From NCBI RefSeq assembly GCF_009914755.1, contig NC_060940.1: a DNA stretch of 64,000 nucleotides; one strand, written 5' to 3'. This DNA comes from the human T2T-CHM13v2.0 reference genome, Homo sapiens. Of the stretch, positions 1-15,871 are shown in pieces. The position numbers and the translations under genes are program-made. How positions within the stretch are numbered: position 1 is the stretch's first letter; every line of letters starts with the position of its first letter. The notes below the pieces were generated by a model that made no database searches, was not told the origin of the DNA, and saw only the letters and a list, made by a program, of their open reading frames with translations.

Positions 1-1270
1 CCTCCATCACCACCTCCTCCACCTCCATCACCTCCATCACCACCTCCTCCACCATCATCACCTCCATCACCACCTCCTCCACCTCTATCACCTCCGTGAT
101 CACCTCCTCCACCTCCGTCATCACCATCATCACCTGCTCCATCTCCTCCACCTCTATCACCACCATCATCACCTCCTCCACCTTCATCATCACCATCACC
201 TCCTCCACCTCCATCACCACCATCACCATCTCCTCCACCTCCGTTATCGCCATCACCTCCTCCACCTTCATCACCACCATCATCACCTCCTCCACGTACA
301 TCACCACCTTCTTCACCACCATGATCACCTCCTCCACCTCCATCACCACCTCCTCCACCTTCATCACCATCGTCATCACCTCCTCCACCTCCACCACCTC
401 CTCCACTTCCTTCACCACCACCATCATCTCCTTCACCTCCACCACCACCTCCTCCACCTCCATCACCTCCATCATCACCTCCTCCACCTCCATCATCATC
501 ACCTCCACCTCCATCATCTCCATCACCACCACCTCCACCTCCATCACCTCCATCACCACCTCCTCCACCTCCATCAACTCCATCACCACCTCCTCCACCT
601 CTATCACCTCCATGATCACCTCCTCCACTTCCGTCATCACTATCATCACCTGCTCCATCTCCTCCACCTCTATCACCACCATCATCACCTCCTCCACCTC
701 CATCATCACCATCACTTCCTCCATCTCCTCCACCTCTATCATCACCATTATCACCTCCTCTACCTCCATCATCACCATCGCCTCCTCCATCTCCTCCACC
801 TCTATCATCGCCATCATCACCTCCTCCACCTTCATCATCACCATCATCACCTCCTCCATCTCCTCCACCTCTGTCACCACCATCATCACCTCCTCCACCT
901 CTATCACCATCGTCATCACATCCTCCATCTCCTCCACCTCTGTCATCACCATCGTCACCTCCTCCACCTCCATCATCACCATCACCTCCTCCATCTCCTC
1001 CACCTCTATCATCATCATTACCTCCTCCACGTCTATCATCACCGTCACCTCCTCCATCTTCTCCACCTCTGTCATCACCATCATCTCCTCCACCTGCACT
1101 ATCACCATCATCACCTCCATCTCCTCCACCTCCATCAGCACCATCATCACCTCCTCTACCTCCATTACCGCCTTCATTTTCTCTACCTCCTTCACCACCA
1201 TCACCACCTACTCCACCTCCATCTCCACCATCATCACTTCCTCCACCTTCTCTATCTCCAGCAGCACCAT
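1..1270. repeat. Intronic low-complexity ACC/TCC/ATC triplet mosaic with 30-bp and ~66-72-bp higher-order units
   Basis: Nearly G-free + strand; 30-bp period at 1-120 and 511-630; a ~120-bp block near 62 recurs near 578. Confidence 0.95.
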
Positions 1271-1610
1271 CACTGGTACCTTCATCACCGTCCTTGCCCC
1301 TTTCTTGCTTATTTCTATTTCCTCAGCAGTTCCCCAGTCCTCCCTCCCATTTGCTCCCCACCACCACCTTCCCAGTGTGACCACTCCTCCCTCCACCACT
1401 GTTCCATCGTAGAGCCGTCACTAACATCATCTTGGAGGAGAGCTTCCTCCAAACCACCAGGCTCATTGCTCTGAAGTTGGGGGCTCACAACAGTCTCCTC
1501 TCAGTTGTCCCTTGACCAGTGAAATTCTGTGTCAGCAGCCCCAGGGACCGCCCCAGGGACCGAGGGTCAGCCCTCTCCCACATCTCCTGAGCCTTTGTCC
1601 CACCCCTCAG

Positions 1611-1728
1611 GGGCCCCAGCCCTCCTGGTGCTGCTTTCCCTCTCTGTCAAGAGCTCGGTATACGGACCCTGCACAATCCCCGTCTTCGACAGCTGGGAGA
1701 ATGGCACAGGCTTCCAGAACATGTCCAT
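1611..1728 (+). CDS. ADGRG5: ADGRG5 coding exon (TM4/ECL2), 118 nt, phase 1 to 2
   Basis: Acceptor cccctcAG at 1609-1610, donor AT|GTGAGT at 1729; encodes (G)APALLVLLSLSVKSSVYGPCTIPVFDSWENGTGFQNMS(I). Confidence 0.95.
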
Positions 1729-2834
1729 GTGAGTGCCCTCAGGGCTGCAGTGGGCTCCCTGGCTCTGGCAGAAGGGCCACATGGGCCTGGGGCTCCAAAT
1801 GGAATATCCTGTAGGCAAAGCACTGGCTGTGGGGCAGAGAGGGAGCTGGGGCTTAGACAGGGGAGTTTGCAGGGGGCTCCACCACATCCCTTCCATGGAT
1901 CCAGGTCTCCTGCAGAGGCAGCCTTGTGTTCTATGCTGGTGAAGTCTACGAAGCCAGCGTCTGCTCGCCAACCTGCCAGGGCAGCCGGGCCTCCCGCCTC
2001 CTCTGTCCTGCCCTGCCCTCCAGTGCCCAGGCCCTGAGGGTCTGGCTCAGCCTGCACTTGACTCTGTTCCCCTGCAGACCACCTTGCTGCACCTACCCAG
2101 GCTCCAACTCCTCCCGACCTGCCCTGGGCACTGCCAGGCCTCTCAAGTCCTCCTAGTCGGACAAGAGTGCTGTGGGGGCTGGGCTTGGGGGAGACAAAGA
2201 GAGGCAGCGAGGTGGGCCTTTAGGGGCCGGGGGACACGCTGCTGCTTTTTTTTTAATAGCCCCTCCCTGCAGGCGAGGACGTTAAGCTTTTTATTATTAT
2301 GCAACATTTCTAATAGCCAGACATAGACTAGCCTAAGGAACCCCCGCGCGCCCATCACTCACTTGCAGTTGGCTGTGGAACCTTTTTCCTTCTTGGCTGA
2401 TGCAGGCTCAGGATGGGGGCTGATTCTGTGGCAGGCCTTGGGTATCAGCTGGCTTCGTTTTCACAAGGGCAAGGGCCGGGTCCTGTTGCCAGCCCTATTT
2501 TACAGTTAGGGCACCTGAGAAACAGGCAGCTTAAGAACTCTACCTGAGGAGCCCTAGCCAGTCAGTGGCAGAGCTGGGGCTTGGTCTCCGGCAGGCTGGT
2601 CCAGAGCCTGGCCCCCAGCCCCTGAAGCAGGGCCGGGGGACTGCGTGCTACATAGGTGGGGCTGATCCCTCTCACATTGAGGCTCGGGTGTATCAGAGGA
2701 CATGTGACTTCAATTTACATGAATTGTTCTCTGCAATCTCCATGACAACCCATAAGGCAAGTACATAATCATCCCCAACCTACAGATGAGGAAATAGAGG
2801 CTCTGGCCTCAGTTTACATACTCTCTGAAGATGT

Positions 2835-3155
<321 letters not shown>

Positions 3156-3386
3156 TGATGAGGACAAAGGAGCTTTAGTGACACGTCCACAGGACCCACT
3201 AATGCACAGATGTTAGAGAACACCCACCTACGAGCCAGCTTCTCCCTGGGTCTTCCTCACTCTGCCCTCTCCTCTCAGGAAACAATTACCTTGGGGTTTG
3301 TGACTTTTTTTTTTTTTAATTTAAAACATCTCTTACTATGTATATACACATTCCTAAACCCAAACATCAGTTAAAAACCAAAAACA

Positions 3387-3922
<536 letters not shown>

Positions 3923-4114
3923 TCAGATGTCCACTGACGGGATGCTGGATGAATGGACTGCAGTAGAGCTGCCCCCGTGGGGATATTCCCTAGCGGTGAA
4001 AGTGAGTGGTCGCCTACCACACTCATCAACTTGGAGGAATCCCAAAATAATGTCCTGGGACCCTTGTGACTGTAGGGGCAGGAGCCACAAAGTGAACCTC
4101 AGCAGGGGATTGTG

Positions 4115-4287
4115 ACAGTTAGGGGCTCAGGCTCTGGGCCTGGGGCTTCAGGATCCAGCTTTGCCTCTAACTGGACTGTGTTCCTGAGCTAGAGCCTGAG
4201 TTTCCTCATCTGCAGGATGAGGACGATTATGTACTTGCCTTATGGGTTGTCATGGGGATTGCAGGGGACAAGTCACATAAAGCACAT
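4115..4287 (+). mobile_element. MIR, interrupted by the LTR at 4288
   Basis: Core gcctgagtttcctcatctgcaggatgagg...gggttgtcatggggatt. Confidence 0.7.
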
Positions 4288-4341
4288 CGTTACTGGTGGA
4301 GGGTGTCCAGGTTCTTGGCGTCTTGAACCAAGAATTGGACA

Positions 4342-4640
<299 letters not shown>

Positions 4641-4870
4641 GGAAAGAGTGAGGCATGAATTAAGCAAGAAAAGCAGAGATTGATTGAAAATGAAAGTACA
4701 CGCTACAGTGTGGGAGTGGGCCAGAGCATAGGGCCTCAAGAGCCCTATTACAGAATTTGTGGAGATTTAAATATGCTCTAGAGGTTTCCATTGGTTACTT
4801 GATGTACACCCTCTGTAAATGAGGAGGATGAAGTAAAGTTACAAAGTCATTTGGCATATGCCCTATGTAA

Positions 4871-5299
<429 letters not shown>

Positions 5300-6007
5300 T
5301 AAAAGGTGGCATCTGTCTTGAAGGTGTCTTGGGGAGGCAAAGGGCAGAGGCCTCCGGGAGGGCGTGGGACCGGGGCTGGCTTCGGTTAGTTCTCCATGGC
5401 TCTCTGCTCAGCCCTCAGTGGGCTCTCCTGCGGCTCTGTGTGCTCTCAGGTTGACACTTGGAGGGTCCCTGTCCACCAAGCCACAGGTTGGCAGCCCGCC
5501 CACTCTCCAGCGCAGGCCTTGGTGGCCCCGTCTAGGTGGGGAGTGGCTCCTGGGGAGGGGCGTCCCACTGCAGAGATGGTGATGAGGTGGTGACAACCAT
5601 GTAGTGGGGTGGAAGGGGAAGTTTCCAGGAAAGAGGGCTCCGGGCCAAGGATCCAATAGAAGATGGGGCATGCCGGCCTTGGGCTGGCCATGGAAGCAGA
5701 GAGGAGTGAGATGTGGAAAGGAGAGAGGAAGAATTTTCAGGGGGGTGAAGACATGGGGACGTGAGAGAAACCACTGTGGCTGGAAAGGTGGGCATGAGGG
5801 AGCTTCAGATTGTTGACCAAGGAGGCAGATGTGTCCTCTGATGGTGGCCTGGCTGGAAAGCCGGGTGAGGGGTTTCACTGTGTGTTCAGTCAGGCAAGAA
5901 ACAATAGGGCCTGAGCCAGGAGACCGAGTGGGGCTTCAGGGAGTGATGCTGGCCTCCCCGCGGGCCTGGGAGCCACTGTGAGCCTGACACGTCACCCTCC
6001 CCTGCAG

Positions 6008-6285
6008 ATGCTGGGTGCGGAGCCCCGTGGTGCACAGTGTCCTGGTCATGGGCTACGGCGGCCTCACGTCCCTCTTCAACCTGGTGGTGCTGGCCTGGGC
6101 GCTGTGGACCCTGCGCAGGCTGCGGGAGCGGGCGGATGCACCAAGTGTCAGGGCCTGCCATGACACTGTCACTGTGCTGGGCCTCACCGTGCTGCTGGGA
6201 ACCACCTGGGCCTTGGCCTTCTTTTCTTTTGGCGTCTTCCTGCTGCCCCAGCTGTTCCTCTTCACCATCTTAAACTCGCTCTACG
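6008..6285 (+). CDS. ADGRG5: ADGRG5 coding exon (TM5-TM7), 278 nt
   Basis: Acceptor cctgcAG at 6006-6007, donor G|GTAGGG at 6286; CW motif, LLGTTW and LNSLYG are typical of family-B/adhesion GPCRs; phase matches the previous exon. Confidence 0.96.
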
Positions 6286-6630
6286 GTAGGGCTGGAGGGC
6301 GGCCTGGAGGAAGCTACCTGGCAGGGGGTGTATGGCTGGTGGGATGTTCACTGCTAAAGGGGTTCAGGTGAAGGGGGCGAGTGGGGGACTAACATCCAGC
6401 CCACAGCTCCACTAGCTAAGCTGGTGGGGGCTACATCTGCATGAAGGTACCCTATGGACTGGCCACAGCAGCTCTTCCAGCTCTGAGGCTCTGCCCCTCT
6501 GGCCTCCTACAGTAAGAGATTCTGGGAGTTGCCCATGGGCCCCAGGGAGGCCAGCTCGCTGCAGCCAAGGAGACCCTGGCCTTTGGGGAAGCCCATGCTG
6601 CCCCGTGGAACTCCCGCCTTTCTCTTGCAG

Positions 6631-6731
6631 GTTTCTTCCTTTTCCTGTGGTTCTGCTCCCAGCGGTGCCGCTCAGAAGCAGAGGCCAAGGCACAGATAGA
6701 GGCCTTCAGCTCCTCCCAAACAACACAGTAG
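6631..6731 (+). CDS. ADGRG5: ADGRG5 last coding exon (end of TM7, C-tail, TAG)
   Basis: Acceptor ctttctcttgcAG; (G)FFLFLWFCSQRCRSEAEAKAQIEAFSSSQTTQ, stop TAG at 6729-6731. Confidence 0.95.
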
Positions 6732-8370
6732 TCCGGGCCTCCTGGCCTGGAATCCTCAGCCTCTCTGGCCGCCAGTAGCCTGAGGCTACGGCTCCTGCTA
6801 GAGAGGGTGGCAGGCCTGCTGCTGGACCCCAGAGGCCACTGTGACCGCCAAGGGGCCTTTTCCACTTCCACGGCCTCTCCAGGCACTGAGGGGAAGGCAT
6901 TGCTCTACCTCTCCCTGACATTTTGCTCCGGGGCAGATCCAACCTTACCTGGGGCAGCAAACTTTGTCCTGGTACCTGGGCCCAGCTCGCCAGGGATGTG
7001 GGCAGAGCACCAGCCTGGGCATCAGGAAGCCAAGTTTCAAGGACTGTCTTTGAGTCTGTCTGTATGACCTTGGGCCTGCCACTTCTCACAGACCCTAGGT
7101 ATCCACAGCTGTGACATGGGGGCAAGCGGCTTTGTTTCAGCCTAACCCAGGAGCTTAGTAAAAATTGCATAAGACCAGGGGGAAGAGTGTCAGCGTGGGG
7201 TGGGAATTCCCGCGGCCTCCACCTGCTTGCTAGGGGCAGGATCTCATTCAGGCTGCCCTGGAAGCACCTGCTTGGCCCTGCCACCTTCCTCCAGGGGAGG
7301 GCCAGATGGCATCCTGGCTTGGGGCGGGTGGGACCTACCCAGGCTCTGAGACTTTACTGGCCTATGCCTGAGGCCTCTTTTCCTTTAACTCCCTAAATTA
7401 TGATGACTCCAAGTCCAAGCCCACCCTTCCCAAAGATTGGGAGGTTCCGCCGTTCCCAGAGGCTCCTCCTGCGGTGCTCCCAAGACTTCCATAGACCATC
7501 TGGACCAGTAGCCCATCCCGCAGTTTTCTTGGGGGCAGAGGAAAACGCTTCTTTCTCCTCCAGCTGAATCAGCTGGATCCCAGTGTCCTGGCTGTTTGGT
7601 GATTGGGCAAGATTGAATTTGCCCAGGTAGGCGTGAGAGTGTGGGTTTTAAATTCGAAGCTCAGGCCATAGTTTCAGAGAATCACCCTTACCCCAGACCT
7701 TCATGAGACAGTGCTCATGAAGCCAGTGCGTTTCCCAGAACGAACACTAGGCGGCACCGTTGGTCCACACTCAGAGGCCCTTGGCGCCAAGACTGCATCT
7801 AGAATCGCTCAAACACCTGTTTGCAGACCCCATGCACCAGCTGGAGGGGCCGTAACTGCAGGACTGCGCCTACTGAGTGACCCATTTCCTCCAGGAGGAA
7901 AGGCAAGACACGCTTACACGGCCATTTGTCTCTTTTCCCAATGCGGCGGTGCACTTTCGCTCTTGGGGGCTGCACCCCAGACATAGCTGGCACCAGAGCA
8001 GGGTGCTCAGGTGGTGGGTGCTCAGGGCCCTGCCCCAGGCCACTGGGCCGTTTTGATGACCTCGAAGGTCACAGGCAGAAAATAGGAGCAGGATTTCCCC
8101 TGGGGAAAAGTTCTCCTGGGACATCTTCTGCTCTTCTGTACATTTCTAGATGCAAATAACTCCTTCACCAGGCAGTGAGTGGCGTAGGCTCTGGAGCCAG
8201 GCTGCCTGGGCTCCAATGCCAGCTCTGCCACTTGCTAGCTGTGAGACTGTGGACAAACCACTCAGCCTCTGTGTGCCTCAGTTTTCCTATTTGTAAAATA
8301 GAGGCCATAGTGGTACCTATTTTGAAGACTAAGTAAAAGAATTCAAATAAAGAGACTTGGCACAGAGTAA
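6732..8370 (+). other. ADGRG5: ADGRG5 3'UTR
   Basis: Runs from the stop codon to just past the first AATAAA I found downstream; the cleavage site is approximate. Confidence 0.75.
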
Positions 8371-8410
8371 GTGCTCAGTAAATGGTTACTGGTATTATCA
8401 TTAGTATTTT
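8170..8410 (+). mobile_element. MIR (near full length), overlapping the ADGRG5 3' end
   Basis: ggctctggagccag...ccagctctgccacttgctagctgtg...gcctcagttttcctatttgtaaaat...gtaagtgctcagtaaatg. Confidence 0.88.
8346..8351 (+). terminator. Polyadenylation signal AATAAA (ADGRG5)
   Basis: attcaAATAAAgagac, followed by T/GT-rich sequence at about 8385-8430. Confidence 0.75.
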
Positions 8411-9453
8411 TGCTATTATTGTTAACAGTGTTAACTGAGTTTCAGAGGCCAGCCTGTCTAAGCCCCAGGCCCAGCTCTGCTCAACCTTGTAGGCACAACC
8501 CCTTCTTAGGCACATCTCACCATGCCTCAGTTTCTTTCCCCAGACGGGTCTCTACTCCCACCTCGCTGACTTTCTGCTGTTCTAGGAATAGTCCCCACAC
8601 AGTGCAGCCTCCAGGCCATGCCACATGTCCCCCGACCTCCCAGTTCCCCAATCTTCCGGTCTATAGAAATTCCTGGTGGTCATTTATCACATCTACAAAA
8701 TTGCCCCAGCGGTGCCTAGAGAAGGCCTCTTTCCCACGCTAACTCCAGGCAGATTCTCCCCACCCCTGCCACCATCTGGGTGATGTGAGCACCCATCCAA
8801 GCTCCCATGGTTAAGCCCAGGCTCTCCAGGCCTTGGGGCAGGGGGTCCCCTTGCTAATGAGGGTCCCGAGGAATTATGGGAACCTTTAGCCCTTCTCTTG
8901 GGCAGCCCCAGGGAGTGGGGACACAGGCTCCTGCTGTGGCTGGGTCTGCATAGAGCCCCCCAGCCCAGGACCCAGCCTCTCAGACCCCACCAAGCCCAGG
9001 GCTTGCCCGAGGGAGGATGTGGCCACAGCGACACGGGAGGAGACTGGCAGTTCCAGGAAGCAGCCCCAAGCTTGTGGCCCTGAGCCCCACTGGGGTCCAG
9101 GCCCTGGGCAGGGACCACTTCCTGGAAATGTCTCACTGGGTGTGGGGGAGGGACTGAGGGAGATAGTGTGGAGCCAGGCAGGGCCCCTCTTCCCCCTTCC
9201 TCTCTCTCCCAGCAGAGCCCAGATGGGGCCCTGGGGCCAGCTCTTGGGAGCTTCCAGACTTAGCAGGAGGATGGAATGGGGTGGAGTCTGGGGGCTGTTG
9301 TTCAGGGCCAGGGACTCAGAGCAGGCACTTGGTGAACGGATGCCATGTAAATGTCAACAGGACCACAGATTAGGAGATTTCTGTGTGTGGTTTTGTTAGT
9401 GTTATTTCAGAAAAGGGTGTGTGCATGTGTGTGTATGGGGGGGCTATTGAAAA

Positions 9454-9589
9454 TAGGGTTGCCAGATAAAATATCAGATGCCCAATTTGGGAGACGTACT
9501 AAAACATTATTCATTGTTTACCTGGATTCACATGTAGCAGGGTATCCTATTATTGATGTATTTTGATTTTGCTAAACCTGGAAGCTCTA
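9454..9589. mobile_element. MER53 (hAT MITE), internally deleted
   Basis: TAGGGTTGCCAGATAAAATA ... TTTGCTAAACCTGGAAGCTCTA termini. Confidence 0.75.
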
Positions 9590-10364
9590 ATGAGAAGAGC
9601 ATTGGCTCAGGAGTCCGGGGTGTGGACTCTTCACTCTCTAAATCCACCCAGGCTGTGCTGAGGGGGAAGCCCCTCTGCCCACTGGATGAGTCCCCCTCAT
9701 TCACAGCCCACTCAGCTTGAGGTGTTCCTATTGCCAGCCAAAGCCACCACCAGAAATCCCAAGGGGTCTGCCTTGGGTGTCCCCACCCCTGCTGTCAGCC
9801 CTGGCGCAGACCTAGCCCCCATCCCCTGTAGAGGCGCCATGGACCTCCCTGCCTCCCCACTCCCAATTCCAAATTCACCCAGAAGCCAGAGGGTGTTTTC
9901 CATCCTGCAGCCTGCCCGTGTCCACCCCTGCGGAAGCCCTTCCACAGCACCCCCTCTTCATTGCCACACTCCCCAGTGGAACTTGAAAGGCCCACGGTCC
10001 GGCTTGTGTCCCCCTCTCCAGCCGTGTCTTACCACTCCTTCCCCCTCCTCCTCGGTGCTGCCACACTGAACAGCTTTCGGTTCCCTGAACAGGTTCTTTC
10101 TCATCTCTGGGCTGTTCTCTGTCTGGAAGGCTCTCCCTGTGTGTCTCATTTGTGGAGTGATGGCGACACATCCTTCAAATCTCAGCCTTGCACATCCTCA
10201 TTCCCCTCAATGCAGACTTCAAATCTAGGGTGGGGCCTCCTTTCAGCCCCACCACTCCCGCCCTTCCCCCATGACAGACGTTATTTCTTTGTATTATGAC
10301 TGTCCCCATCTGTCTCAGCTGCCAGACCGAGGGCATTTTGGAGACAGGTGCTGTGTCTCATTGG

Positions 10365-10560
10365 CTCATTCATTCACCCATCATGTAATTGTTAAACACT
10401 TGTTATATTCCAGGCACTGTACTAGTTGCTGAGGATATATAAATGAACAAGTCATCACATTCTTGTGGGGGAGGAATGTCTCACACTAAACAGTTTAACA
10501 AATAGACATAAGATATGACAGGTGGCGACAAGTGCTGAGAAGAAAAATTGAGGAGGGTGA
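10365..10560 (-). mobile_element. L2 3' end
   Basis: cattcattca...ccaggcactgtactagttgctgaggata...aaatgaacaag. Confidence 0.75.
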
Positions 10561-11169
10561 GGGAGTAGAGTGGCCAAGAGCCTGGGTTTCAGCAGAGGGA
10601 GCTGGAGAATGAACCCAGGGGCGCTGGAGCTGGGGGCGTGGGAGAGTGTCAGAGAGCTGGCATGAACTGGCAGGTTGCCTGGAGGGGAGGGCTGGTTCCA
10701 AAGCCAGTCTTATAGCAATTTTTCCATTTCTTGATAGTGAACTTTGGAAGAGCTAGGGGTGGGGAAGATGGGAAGTTGAACCACCTCTGAGATAAAACTC
10801 TCTGAGGGGGCTGAGGTGGTCCTGGGTTGGGGTGCCCCCTGCTACTGGCAAGAGAGAAGCAAACTCAATATGGAGGTAAGCTTCCCTTGGTTAGGCCAGG
10901 AGGATGCCCAGAGTGAGACGAAGCAATGGGCTTCAATATAAAACTTACCCAAATCACAAAGTAAGCCACCGAGTGAGAGTCGGCAGAAAAGAAGGAAGCA
11001 ACAGATTTTAGACCCCAGGGACGGAATACAGAATAGCCATATATGACACGTTTAAAGAAACACAAGATGCAATCGCAAAGATGAGCATATAAACGAATAG
11101 AAATGAAGAGAGACAGAGAGATTTGGGGGAAAACAAATGGAACTTCAAGAAATAAAAAGTATTATCTCA

Positions 11170-11470
<301 letters not shown>

Positions 11471-11522
11471 AAAAAACTCTCAAAATCTAAAATTCAACAA
11501 ACAAACAGTTGAATAGAGAATT

Positions 11523-11712
11523 AATTAGCCCAGCGTGGTGGCATGTGCCTGTAGTCCCAGCTACTCAGGAAGCTAAGGTGGGAGGATGGTTTGAGCCTGG
11601 GAGGCAGAGTTTGCAGTGAGCCGAGATTGCACCACTGCACCCCAGCCTGGGTGATAGGGCCAGGCCTTGTCTTAACAACAACAACAGAAAAAAAAAAAAA
11701 AGAGAGAGAGAG
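11523..11712 (+). mobile_element. Alu right arm/FRAM
   Basis: Right monomer plus tail only. Confidence 0.88.
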
Positions 11713-12088
11713 ACAATTAATAAGCCTGGACTTATATACATAAAGCATGCAACAGAGATAAGAAGATGGATAACATGAAAAGAGATTAAGAGATATAGAG
11801 AATAAGAATGAGAAGATCTTATATATTGGAGTCCCAAAAGAAGAAAATAAAGGGAATGGGAAAGAGGTGGTATTTGAAGATGAAATGGCTGCAGGTTTTC
11901 CAGAAGCGATGGAAAAACACAGTCTCAGAACCAGGAAACACGAAATATCTCAAGCATAATACATAAATCCATGCTTATACACATTTTATTGAAACTACAG
12001 AATGTCAGAGGGAGAGAAACGATGAAAGCAGGCAAAGAGAAAGGACAGATTGCCTACCAACGACCACAGAACGTGAGCTGGCTCCTCA

Positions 12089-12520
<432 letters not shown>

Positions 12521-12659
12521 TTACCGTTGGTGAATCCGTCTGGATCTGCAGCAACCTCTTGCCTCCTCAGAAGAAAGAGTTTGACTGAGGGGTATAAGGC
12601 AGAAGGAGAGACTGAGGTAAGTTTCAGAGCAGGAGTCAAAGTTTATTGAAAAGCTTTAG

Positions 12660-13137
<478 letters not shown>

Positions 13138-13272
13138 TTACTGGGAAGCTGCTGATCAGTTGCAGGTGTTTTCTATTAGGAGACTGCCTTTCCCCCGTAC
13201 TGGCTGTGACCAATTACTAAACAGAAACAGTTAACAACCACTTGACCACCACCTGATGGTCACCCAGCACTC

Positions 13273-13275
<3 letters not shown>

Positions 13276-13329
<54 letters not shown>
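13276..13329. repeat. (GT)~27 microsatellite
   Basis: Perfect GT run. Confidence 0.98.
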
Positions 13330-13330
<1 letters not shown>

Positions 13331-13561
13331 GGGGGGAAGTCCTTTCCTGCCCTGCTCATACCTAACTAGCTACCTACTGTAATAAAGCTACCATTCAGGA
13401 ACCAAGACAAAAAGGAAAAAAATACATTTAACATTTACAGGTAAATAAAAGCTGAGAATGAGCCAAAGAAACTCCCGAAGGATGTACCTCAAGAAGGAAG
13501 ATGATTCCAGGTCAGCCTAAGATGCAAGAAGAAGGAATGGTGAGGTTAGAAAATGGTAAAA

Positions 13562-13860
13562 GGCTGGGTACAGTGGCTCACACCCATAATCCCAGCACTT
13601 TGGGGGACCAAGGTGAGAGGAGAGCATGAGTCCAGGAGTTCAAGACCAGCCTGGGCAACATGGTAAAACCTCGTCTCTACTAAAAATACAAAAATTAGCC
13701 AGGCATGGTGGTGTACACCTGTAGTCCAGGCGACTTGGGAGGCTGAGATGGTAGGGTCACCTGAGCCCAGGGAGGTCAAGGCTACAGGGAGCGGTGATTG
13801 TGCCACTGCTCTCCAGCCTGGGTGACAGAGTGAGACCGTGTCTCAAAAATAAATAAATTT
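13562..13860 (+). mobile_element. AluJ
   Basis: Diverged dimer. Confidence 0.93.
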
Positions 13861-14471
13861 AAAAAATAGTTAAGTGTAGCTAAAGCCAATCCAAAAATCA
13901 TCTGTATAAAATAATAATTTTATTTGTGATATTAAGAAGAAGGAATGTGAAATGTTGGAGAATAATAGTGTATAAATCAGGAAAAGTAAGACTGGAGTTA
14001 CAGTGTCCTAAAGTGTTAGCTAGCATTTGTGCGGAGGGGTAGGGAGGGTGTTAAGATATTGTTTAATATGAGATATCATTAATTAAATACACGTGGTAAA
14101 ACTTCAAGGGTTTAATTGCCTTTAGCTCAAAAAAAGCAATTTCAAGGGCAACAACTGAAAAAAAAAATAAAACTGGAATGTAGACATTTTATTCCAGTAG
14201 AGAGAAAAAAGTGGGGTAGATAAAACAATCAAATAAAACTCAAAGAAAAAGAAACAAAAAGTGGAACTAATAGAAATCCAAAAGTAAGATAATACAAACA
14301 TACCCAAATATATCTATAATTATAATAAATATAAATGGACTAAATGGATCAGTTAAAAGGCAGGAGATATTAAGATTGAATGCAAAAACAAAACCCAGGT
14401 ATATGCCATTCATAAGAAACGCAGCTCAAGTAAAAGGACATGGAAATGTTGAAAGTAAAAAGATGAATCAA

Positions 14472-14785
<314 letters not shown>

Positions 14786-14969
14786 GATGAATCAAGATAT
14801 GTGAAGGAAAAAATAACCAAATGAGAGACTGTGTAGCAATTTTGATATAAAACAAAATATGTTTTAAAGCACAATGCACTAATAGAGATGATCACAACAT
14901 AATGATACAGTGTTTAATTCACCAAGAAGATATAATAAAGTAGCCTTAAAAGGTATAAGGCAAAAATTG

Positions 14970-15275
<306 letters not shown>

Positions 15276-15871
15276 GTATGAGGCAAAAATTGAAAGAAGT
15301 TTTTAAAACTCTACATAATTGGAGAGTTATGCCATATCTATGAATTGGAAGACTCAATATTGTTAAGTTGAAAGGATTCCCTAAACTGGGGAGATTCAAT
15401 GATATCCCAAGCAAAATCACAACAGACTTTTTTCCCCACAAAGGCACAAAGGCAATTTAATGGAGGTAAAGGATAATCTTTTCAACAAATGGTACTGGAA
15501 CAAATAAGCGTCTATACGCAAACAATATGAACCTCGACCCATATCTCATACCATGGACAAAAATTAAACGAATCATAGATCTAAACATAAAGTACAAAGC
15601 TATAATACCTCTAGAAGAAAACATAGGCAAAAATCACTGTGACTGTGGTTAGACAAACAAATCTTAGGACACAAAAGCAGGCAAAAATAGATAAACTAGA
15701 CTTCATTCATAGAGAAACCAGACCTATTTATAAAAAATAGATAAACTAGACCTCACCTCTGCTTTTCAGAAGACACTCTTAAGGAGAAATAAAACAAAAA
15801 ACTAGAAGAAAAGCTTTGCAAAAATACATATCTGACAAAGGACTTATATCCAGAATAAATAAGAACTCACA

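Noticed and set aside
96-1412. 438-aa Thr/Ser/Ile-rich mucin-like ORF
   Set aside because: It is a by-product of a G-poor triplet repeat that rarely makes stop codons. It starts at GTG, lies in an intron within the 7TM-coding region, and has no evident splice signals.
15683-15755. ~23-bp direct repeat with 50-bp period, superficially repeat-spacer-like
   Set aside because: Only two copies, inside L1; a local duplication, not a CRISPR array. Similar micro-duplications occur at 24947-24990 and 25205-25265.
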